A stretch of 64,000 nucleotides of DNA, taken from assembly GCF_001194135.2 (NCBI RefSeq), contig NC_068985.1, forward strand, positions 118,783,195 to 118,847,194. Reading direction: 5' to 3'. This document shows positions 54,128 to 64,000 of this stretch, in pieces. Below the pieces are notes generated by a model. It ran no database searches, was not told the DNA's origin, and saw nothing but the letters and a program-made list of their open reading frames with translations. Origin of the DNA: Octopus bimaculoides. Lineage: Eukaryota. The first letter of the stretch is position 1. Each line of letters opens with the position of its first letter. The position numbers were made by a program, and so were the translations under genes.

Positions 54128-56183
54128 GGTCACAGTAATAAAATCATCATCATCAGCAGCATCATCATCATTTAATGTCTGTTGTCCATGCTGGCATGGG
54201 TTGGACGATTTGACTGGGGCTGGCAAGCTGGAAGGCTGAACCAGGTTCCAGTCTGATTTGGTGCGGTTTTCTATGGCTGGATGCCCTTCCTAATGCCAAC
54301 CACTCCAAGAGTGTAATGGGCACTTTTATGTGCTACAGGCAGGGGTGCCATTTGTGTGACACTGGTATCTGCCACGACTGCGATTTTGCTCAGCTTGATA
54401 GGTCTTCTCACACACGACATAATGCCAAACGTCTTGGTCACTGCCTCTGTGAGGCCCAACACTCATAAGAAGCTCAGCCACTTTGCCTCCATGAGGCCCA
54501 ATGGGTCTTAAATTTTGGCACAGACCCAGAAATTTCAGGGGAGGAGGGAAGTTGATCACATCAACCCCAGTGTTCAACTGGTACTTATTTTATTGACTCT
54601 GAAAGGACAAAAGATGAAGTTGACCTTGATGGAATTTGAACTCAGAATGTTGCTAAGCATTTTTCATGGTACAGTAACAATTCTACCTGCTCATTGCCTT
54701 TCAGTAATAAAATATTAGTTTCAAATTTTGGCACAAGGCCAGCAATTTCAAGGGGATGGGTGAAATCAAATGTATCGACCCCCAGCACTCAACTGGTACT
54801 TAATTTATTGACCCTGAAACAATGAAAGGCAAAGTTGACCTCAGCAAAATTTGAACTCAGAATGTTAGGATGGATGGAATGCCACTAAACATTTTGCCTG
54901 GCATGCTAATGATTCTGCTAGCTCACCACCTTACAGTAATAAAATAGTAATGATATTAATTTAAGAAAGGCATGGCCATGTGGTTAAGAAGTTTGTTATG
55001 GAACCACATGGTTGAGGGTTCATTCACACTGAGAGGAAACTGTTGACTGCTGTTTTCGACTACAACTGTGAGTTGACTAATACCTTCTGAGTGAAATTTG
55101 GTAGATGGAAACTGGAGGAAGACTGTTGTGAATGTTTGTGTTTGTGTGTGTGTGTGTGTGTGTATGTGTGTGTGTGTGTGTGTGTGCGTGCACGCATGCA
55201 TGATTGAATATGTATTGCCATTGTCTTAATGCATGTGGCACTTGTTTGTATTTCTATGTGAAAGTGTGCCTGGACATATTATTTTTTTCCTGGAAACAGA
55301 TGAGAGTTGGCAACAGAGAAAGCATCCTACTGTAAATGTAAGAATATCATTTGTTTCAACAAAGTTATTGCCAGGCTCATGCAAGCTTGGGAAAGTGGAT
55401 ATTAAAATGATGATAGTGATGGCGATAATGATGATGATGATGATGATAATAATGATGAATTTGACAAACATTCTATATAGTACAGAGCACATGATATATT
55501 ACTCTAAGCAAATCATGAAGAAAAAAAAACATATTAGAGCTGGACTGAAAGATTATCATGTATGCCAATATTGAAGAAACATGTTTTTTTCCTAAAATAA
55601 ATTTTGAAAATTTATCTTGTGTTCTAAAAAGATATAAGTTACATGTTTCCATAAATCAAATTTAATTCCTGAAGAGGGATATCTATACTATGCTTATTGT
55701 ATCTCTGTACAGTAAGAATTGAAAAAAAAAAAGAAGCAAAAACTCAAAAAACAAACTATAATTCACTAATAGGATCTATATATTGTTTAGCCACAAACAA
55801 AATATCTTTGCAAAGTATGTGAAAACATGTTCAGAATTTGTTTTTATGTTTATCTTTCTTTTGTTTTTTCTTAAAAGTTGCAAGTCAAAATTGGGGTGCA
55901 TCTTTGAGCTCAGAGCACCTTCAATACCAGGAAATACAGATTGTTAAGAAATTTTACAAAAAGCCTTACATCAGTAGGTACAAGCAGGCCTGTGTGGTAA
56001 GAAGTTTGCCACCCGACCGCATGGTTTTTGAATTCTGTTCCACTGCGTAGCACCTTGGGCACATATCTTCTATAGACTTGGACAAACCAAAGCCTTGTCA
56101 GTGGATTTGATAGACAGAAATTGAAAGAAGCTCATTGTGTGTGTGTATGTGTGCATGTGTGTGTGTGTGTGTGTGCACGCGTG

Positions 56184-56216
<33 letters not shown>

Positions 56217-57072
56217 CTGTGTGTGTGCTTGCGTTTGTTTCCCTACTACCTTACAACTAGTACTGGTTTGTTTACATTCCTGCAACTTAGTAGTTTGGCA
56301 AAAATAACTGATAGAATGAGTACCAGGCTCTAAAAATAAGTACTGGATTAATTTGTTCAGCTAAAACCATTCGAAGTGGTGCCCCAGCATGGCTGTAATC
56401 CAATGATTGAAGCAAGTAAAAGGTAAAGAGAAAAGATATAAACATACAAAAATCTTCAGAAAGGATTACAGGTGGCCGACTGCTTCAAGATGTTATGGTG
56501 GCTTTAGCGAATCCAGTTCTCACTTTTGAGAAGAAAATGAGTTTGAGAATATCTTTGTATTTTAAAATTTTGGTAGAGGTCGGTGGTGATAAAATTAGTA
56601 CCAGTAATATACAAGGTTCATCTATCAACTCTGTAACTAGCCATTCAGAAAACATCAACAATGTTGCTTCTTGAATCATTTGTCCTGTTAGAAATAGTAG
56701 CTAATCTCTCTTAAATCATATGCTAGCATTTTAAAAGTGAGTAACATGTTCTTATACATCTAATACCTGAATAAAAAATGGGAAGGCCATGCCTAGAATG
56801 GTTTCGATCATACCTTGGTACAATGAGGCTGAATGATGATAAACAACAGTGACAACGACCCCTCTTCTACAAAAATTACTTTTTGTAATACTGACTTGGA
56901 CAAAATTGGCTGTGTGGTAAGAAGTTTGCTTCCCAACCACATGGTTCTCGGTTCAGTCTCACTACATGGTATCTTTGGCAAGTGTCTTCTACTATAGCCT
57001 TGGGCAACCCAAAGTCTCATGAATTGATTTGGTAGATGGAAATTGAAAGAATCCTGCCGTATATATTTATAA

Positions 57073-57124
<52 letters not shown>

Positions 57125-58053
57125 NNNNNNNNNNNNNNNNNNNNNNNNNNNNNNNNNNNNNNNNNNNNNNNNNNNNNNNNNNNNNNNNNNNNNNNNNNNN
57201 NNNNNNNNNNNNNNNNNNNNNNNNNNNNNNNNNNNNNNNNNNNNNNNNNNNNNNNNNNNNNNNNNNNNNNNNNNNNNNNNNNNNNNNNNNNNNNNNNNNN
57301 NNNNNNNNNNNNNNNNNNNNNNNNNNNNNNNNNNNNNNNNNNNNNNNNNNNNNAAGGAGATATATCAGTCTTGTCCAAGATCACATCTGGTTCAATGATA
57401 CAAACTTCATGCTTTCGAGTAATTGAAACAAAAACTTTCCATCAAAATTTCATGCTAATTTATACCCTAAACCCCAGCTAAATAACGACAAGGTAATTTT
57501 ACTAAATTCTTCTTGAAATTCAAAATTAAGTGAAACAAAGGTAGTGTATTTCAATAGAAATGTTGAGTAATGAAAGGGTTGAGTCAACCCCAATATGTCA
57601 CTGGTACTCGAAAGTGGTGAGCTGGCAGAATTGTTAGCATGCTGGACAAAATGCTTAGTGGCATTTTGTCTGTCTTTACATTCTGGGTTCAAATTCAATC
57701 GAAGTCAACTCTGCCTTTCATCCTTTTGGGATTGATAAAATAAGTACCAGTTAGACACTGAGGTCATCTAATTGACATATCTCTTCCCCTGAAATTGCTG
57801 GCCTTGTGCAAAAAACTTGAAATCAATATGTCAATGGTACTTTATTTATTATTTTTTATCTTTTAGACTGCGACCATGCTAGGGCACTGCCTTGAAGAAC
57901 TTTTAGTCGAATGAATCAATCGCAGTACTTCTTTTCCTAAAGCCTGGTACTTATTCTGTTAGTGTCTTTTATTGAACTGCTAAGTTATGGGGATGTGAAC
58001 ACATCAACACCAGTTGTGGTGGGAGACAAACACAGACACAAAGACACACATGT

Positions 58054-58090
<37 letters not shown>

Positions 58091-59111
58091 GGACTTCTTT
58101 CAATTTCGGTCTCCCAAATCCACTCACAAGGCTTTGGTCAGCCCCAGGCCATAGTAGAAGATACTTGCCCAAGGTGCTATGCTTGCACCCATAAAAGTAT
58201 GGAAAGTAAAAGTTCACCACAGTGAAATTTGAATTTAGAAATAAAGAAGATATAACTAAACTATATGCAACACTATGTTTAATTTGACATCTGTGAACAC
58301 TACATTTGACTGTTTATTTTTTACTCCTTTTTACTATTAAAATAAGTATTTGGTATATGACCTATTCATCATAGTAAAGACCTATTCATCATTGTCAGAT
58401 TCATATATGATGATGTAGTGTGATAGCACCATCCATTTTCACTTTCAGAATCAAAACAGTCGCAGACTTGGTAGAAATCAATTGGCTACTGGTGCATTAT
58501 CATATACTAATGTTACTGTGCTGTCAAAAGTGATAACTATTTCAATATTTCCTAGTATTAATAGTTACAAGATTTCAATTTTGCACAGAGTTTAAACTCT
58601 TTAATCTCAGCTTTCTTTCCATCATTGTTGGAAAATGTCCAAGTTATGAAGAAAAGATTAAATGCAATTGTTGTTTTTCTTGTTTTAAGTTTTTGTATTT
58701 TTAGCATTTAACCCTTTGAAAGCATCCACCAGAGACCATCCCCTGGTTTTATGCTATAAAACTGTCCATTTTGAAGTGCTTATGTTTACCTTCTATCAAA
58801 ATTTAATGTTAGAATTTTATGTTATGTTGCAAACACCTGCTTAATAACGGAGAAGGGCATAATTTTATTAAACTCTTTAAAAAATTTTTTGATTATTTTA
58901 ACAATTAATTGAAACACAAAGACAATATATAATGTAAGAAAAATAGTCATAAAACAGATAATTACTAGTTTATAAAGAAAAAAAAACCTTGGTTGAAATA
59001 ATTGCCACTTTGACAACTACAATACCATGCTCCTTTGCAGTGAATGTAAAACCTATGAATAACAAATGTTTAAACAGACATACCGGGTGGACTTGTACAG
59101 AATTGTTACAA

Positions 59112-59465
59112 CAGTGGCTCTCAACCATTTTTAGTTTATGTACTCTTTTGATTCCTATTTTATTCTACTGGACCTCCTTAACCATTTGATGTATATAAAA
59201 AAATTCTACTGTATTTTTATAGTTAAATATGAGGAACTCTTTTACTCTTTTACTTGTTTCAGTCATTTGACTGTGGCCATGCTGGAGCACCATCTTTAGT
59301 CGAGCAAATCGACCCCAGGACTTATTCTTTGTAAGCCTAGTACTTATTCTATCGGTCTCTTTTGCTGAACTGCTAAGTTACGGGGACGTAAACACACCAG
59401 CATCGGTTGTCAAGCGATGTTGGGGGAACAAACACAGACACACATATACGCACACATATACACAC

Positions 59466-59532
<67 letters not shown>

Positions 59533-59803
59533 TACGATGGGCTTCTTTCAGTTTCCGTCTACCAAATCTTCTCACAAGGCTTTGGTCAGCCCGAGGCTAT
59601 AATAGAAGACACTTGCCCAAGGTGCCACGCAGTGGGACTGAACCCGGAACCATGTGGTTGGTAAGCAAGCTACTTACCACACAGCCACTCCTATGCCTGT
59701 ATAAACAAATTAAAATATTTTGTGTATTGTGGAAGTATTAGCAATTTATTGTACATAAATTTTGACAAGAAAATCTTATATAGATCCCAGTTGAGAACCC
59801 ATG
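59112..59803. mobile_element. hAT-type MITE interrupted by a SINE
   Basis: Ends cagtggctctcaacc ... gttgagaacccatg; SINE-A inserted at 59237-59692; no clean TSD. Confidence 0.6.
59237..59692 (-). mobile_element. SINE family A (tRNA-derived head, central TA/TG microsatellite, GTAAAAGA-repeat tail), near-intact copy
   Basis: Head ggagtggctgtgtggtaag...ggttcagtccc (A/B boxes). Other copies at about 3604-3886(-), 5705-6110(+), 14752-14910(-), 18215-18362(-), 22020-22370(-), 22925-23330(+), 29700-29802(-), 36945-37490(+), 39548-39990(-), 45690-45910(+), 49757-50625(+), 54965-55200(+), 55985-56435(+), 56905-57124(+), 57860-58180(-), 62403-62812(+), 63300-63530(-). Confidence 0.9.
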
Positions 59804-60744
59804 TTAAAGCGTCTGACAAAATACTGTAGGGTATATATAAACCCTGCCACAATTGACAGTTTCCTTCATACGAAATTTGTGGCCCTTGTGCCAAATAGAA
59901 TTGTTAGTGTTGCGAAAATACTTTGTGGTTTTCCTTCAGCCTTTTCATGTTATGAGTTTAAATCCCACCAAGATCAATAAAATAAAAGTACCTATCAATT
60001 ACTGGGGTTGATGTAATTCACTTGCCCCTTTCCCTCAAAACTGTGCCAAAATTAGAAAGAATTACTATCATCATCATCATCACCCCCACCACCCCCATCA
60101 TTTCATTTATGTGCAACAGATTAGACTGTTGAAAAAAATTCCTAACAACTTTAGAAGTGAAGAACCTTACTAATCAGCCTAGCTGTCCCTAATGATACTG
60201 TTTTTTGAGCTGTATTAGGCTAGGTTTTATGCTTATTTCTTCTATCCTGTTATTATTATTTACCCTCTCCCCCACAATTGCTGGCCTTGTACCAAAATTT
60301 GAAACTATTATTATTATCATTATCATCATCATTATTATTATTATTATTATTATTATCATTATTGTTATTATTATTAAGGCAGGGAGCTGAGTTCAAATTC
60401 CACTGAGGTCGAATTTACTTTTCATCCTTTCAGGGTTGAGAAAATAAGTACCAGCCGAACCCTGGGATAAATGTAATTGATTTACCCTCTCACCAAAATT
60501 GCAGGCCTTGTGCAAGAATTTGAAATCATCATTATTATTATTTGTTGAAAACTCTCAGCTTGTTTTGCTGTATATGATGGAAAGTGTGAGCTGTCTGCAG
60601 CCAGTAGACTAAGGTGACACTTGTTTACTTTTCATGCTTCAAGAACCTTGCAAAAAATTCTTGCAGTTCCAAGCAATGCTGATTTTTGTAGGTGTTCTAC
60701 CTTCACACTTGCACCAATCTTTTTTAGCCATGCTTGTAGTTAAA

Positions 60745-60955
60745 CTAATTTAATTACCAAGAATGTTATCTTAAGGTTTGGTGACAACAAATCTCCTCAA
60801 ATCTCAGGAATCTATCTTAGGATTCTTGCAGAGCACAGGATGAGACTTTTCTATAGGTTGACAATGCGAGTTGTAACTCCAGTATCTCCCAGTCCCATAG
60901 GTAGCATTTTGGGTATTGTGCCAAGTGCAACAATTACCACAGGAACAATTGCTTA
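60745..60955 (-). mobile_element. R4/Dong-like extreme 3' fragment
   Basis: Minus strand IVPVVIVALGTIPK...LILCSARILR, preceded by aataatgataataataa. Confidence 0.7.
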
Positions 60956-62295
60956 TTATTATCATTATTGTTATGCCATAAAAACACATCTGCCTTTTAA
61001 TTAACGACCCTTAACTAAAGTTACCCTATGGATATAAATTTTCATATTTTTGTTGGTTCTGCTCTTAGCTTCAACTGTTATACTTTCATTCTATATGTGG
61101 GAAAATTCCAAATTTTTGGTTAGTAGAGTGAATAAAATAATATGTATTTATTTGTTCAACTATTCAAATTAGGTGCTATAGAACAAGAGGTAAGAGTTTG
61201 GTGAAATGAAATCACAAACCAGTTCTGATTCCTTGATGAAGTAACTTCACTTCTGTTTTGAAGCAATTGCTGAAGAGCAGGCATAGCAACCTTCCTTGAA
61301 CAACGGGCCATAAGGGACAGGCCCATCAGGTGAACTGAATTATAAAAATATTTGGTGTACCATTCAGAAAGTCCTGTGTGTCACAGTTTACTTATAATTG
61401 CTCTGAGAAGAGCATAATTGAGAAAAGTAGGAATACTACTGTAAATTAGCTTATTTCGTATCCCAAAGAGAAAGGTAAGAAACTCTCTTGAGAAAGAGAG
61501 AAGTGGAGAGTAGAACAAAACACCACTGTCTATCAAGTGCATGAGCACTGAGCCTTCTGATATTCAGATAGGACCTAGGTGACATCAGAAAGCTAAGATT
61601 ATAATTTCTAAGTTATAATCCAGTTTAACATTCCTAAGCTCTCCTTTGCTGGTGTTACTTGAAGGAGGTAGCTGGGCTCTAACCTTTGACATTCTGGTCC
61701 TTAACTTTCCCAAAGTGGTTGTACCTTACATCTTAACTGTTCAGCTATGGACCTCCTGAAGAATGTGTGATATTTCTTCCAATTTCCATCTGTTGTTTCA
61801 TCTTATATCAGCTCTAATTAAGTAGGTCTATGATGAAAGGAAAAAAAAAGTATTCAAGTTCTGCTGAACTTGTCCTTTTATTTTCTCGTGCATAGTATAC
61901 CTAGGACTACATTATGCTATTTGGACTCATTTTTTAAGGTAGCAGACCATAATGAAAGAAAGATTTGGTTGCTATAGCTATCTAAATGGATGAGTGACTC
62001 CATAGAATCTCCATTGTTAGATTGCTCAGGTCTAATTTCCTTCTATCTATAATGTGATCCATGGCCTTTGTGTGGTGTCAAAAGAAACCATTATTTCAAG
62101 TTCCTGTTTCCATAAAATAATTGCTTGAAATACTTTCTCTATTTTGGCACAACTTCTAAGGTCAAGTTCAGATGTGGCACTGCTGTAGGAGTCCTTTATG
62201 AGAAAATATCAATAAAATATTGTGACAAAGAAACAGACAAAAATGATGCATTATATATGTGTGCATGTGTGTGCGTATATATTTCTCTCTCTCCC

Positions 62296-62403
<108 letters not shown>

Positions 62404-64000
62404 TGCAGGAGTAGCGCTGTGGTAACAAGCTTGCTTCCCAACCACATGATTCTGGGTTCAGTCCCACTGTGTGGCACCTTGGGCAAGTGTCGTCTGCTAT
62501 AGGCCAGTCAAAGCCTTGTGAGTGGATTTGGTAGATGAAAACTGAAAGAAGCCCATCATACACACACACACACACATATATATACACACATATATATGTA
62601 ATATATTTGTATGTGTGTGTTTGTCCCCCCTCCATTGCTTGACAACCGATGTTGGTATGTTTACACCCACGTAACTTAGTGGTTTGGCAAAAGAGACCGA
62701 CAGAATAAGTACTAGGCTTACAAAGAATAAGTCCTGGGGTCGATTTGTTCAACTAAAAGTGGTGCTCCAGCATGGCCACAGTCAAATGATTGAAACAAGT
62801 AAAAGAATAACAGAATATATATATATTGTGTATGAACACACATACACATTTATATAAATAAAAATGAGTTAAGAGACATAATTGAGTGGCCAGTGGCATG
62901 AATATGGACAAGAAAGACAAATAAAGGTATATTAAATACTATAGAAAATAAATTCTTAAATTCCCGAGATTATCTCCCTTTTGGAGAAAAGCAAACAAAT
63001 GCTTAGAGGCAAATATATATATAATAGACAGTGTATGAGCGTTCAGCTTTTGTCATGTCACCTGCAGAAATGATTTGTTTACAGGGATGAAATGTTTGTG
63101 CCACACAGCTCACTCCCTCCATCAAATCAACGTTGTCTGTACAGGTGCACTGCGTAACACATGTCAGGTGTCGAAGTGATCACAGAGCAACATGAGATGA
63201 AGTGTTTTGCTGCTGAAGACCAAAATGCACCACTTAATATAGGAATTGAAATCATGATCACTAGATCATGAGTGCAGCATCCTAACCACTAAAACACAGA
63301 CACACACAATGAGCTCTTTCACTTTCCATGTACCAAATCCATTCACAGGGCTTTCAGTCAACCCGGAGTGACAGTTAAAGACTTGCTTCATGTGCCATGT
63401 AGTAAGGCTAAACGCAAGACCACATAGGCTCTGGCCTGTAGTAGAAGAGACATGCCCAAGGTGCTATGTAGTGAGACTGAACTTTAACCATATGGTTTGG
63501 ATGCAGCCTTCTTACCACACAGCCATGCCTGGGCCTCACAATATTATTAATAAATTAAGGTAGTGAGATGGCAGAAGCGCTAGCATGCCGGGTAAAATGC
63601 TTAGCAGTATTTCATCTGTCTTTATGTTCTGAGTTCAAATTCCGCCAAGGTTGACTTTGCCTTTCATCCTTTTGGGTTCGATAAATTAAGTACCAGTTGT
63701 GTACTGGAACCAATCTAATCAACTGGCCCCCTCTCCCAAAATTTCGTGCTTTGTGCCTAGAATAGAAAAGAATATTATTGATAAATGGCAATAATAATAA
63801 TAATGATCTCTAATGTAGAAAAGGGCAGTAATTCTGGGGCAAGAAGGTTAGTCATCTTGAATCAACCCCAATACTTGAGTATCCTTTCATTGATCTCACA
63901 AGAACGAGAGGCAAAGTCGACCTCAGTAAGTTGTGAATTCAGAGTATAAAAAGCCAGAACAAATACTACAAGGCAATTTTTTTCCTGATGCTTTTACAAT

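Noticed and set aside
56485-56686. Minus-strand segment with acceptor- and donor-like ends
   Set aside because: The open frame does not resemble FBXL16 or any family I recognise.

Overview
AT-rich, gapped eukaryotic scaffold. The SINE families and (TA)n/(TG)n/(TAA)n/(ATG)n microsatellites look like octopus DNA; this is recognised from memory, not from a database search. The only host gene I can support is the 3' end of an FBXL16 (F-box/LRR protein 16) orthologue on the minus strand: two 149-bp coding segments (26360-26508 and 10093-10241), a ~16-kb last intron and a plausible poly(A) signal at 9025-9030. I found no upstream exons; they lie in N gaps or beyond 64000, so 26.5-64 kb is probably intron. 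The rest is repeats: at least four SINE families, decayed non-LTR retrotransposon pieces (R4/Dong-like, RTE-like, L2/Jockey-like), Tc1/mariner, hAT and piggyBac-type MITEs, fold-back elements and satellites. Most notable: (1) a fold-back made of two head-to-head minimal type I hammerhead-ribozyme-like motifs whose mutations complement each other (44313-44642); (2) a full-length 5S rRNA copy joined to a SINE/LINE-type 3' tail (37116-37297); (3) three R4/Dong-like 3' fragments beside (TAA)n, each antisense to neighbouring SINE-B copies; (4) several long hairpins that could form dsRNA in the pre-mRNA. Repeat boundaries are approximate unless TSDs or TIRs are quoted.
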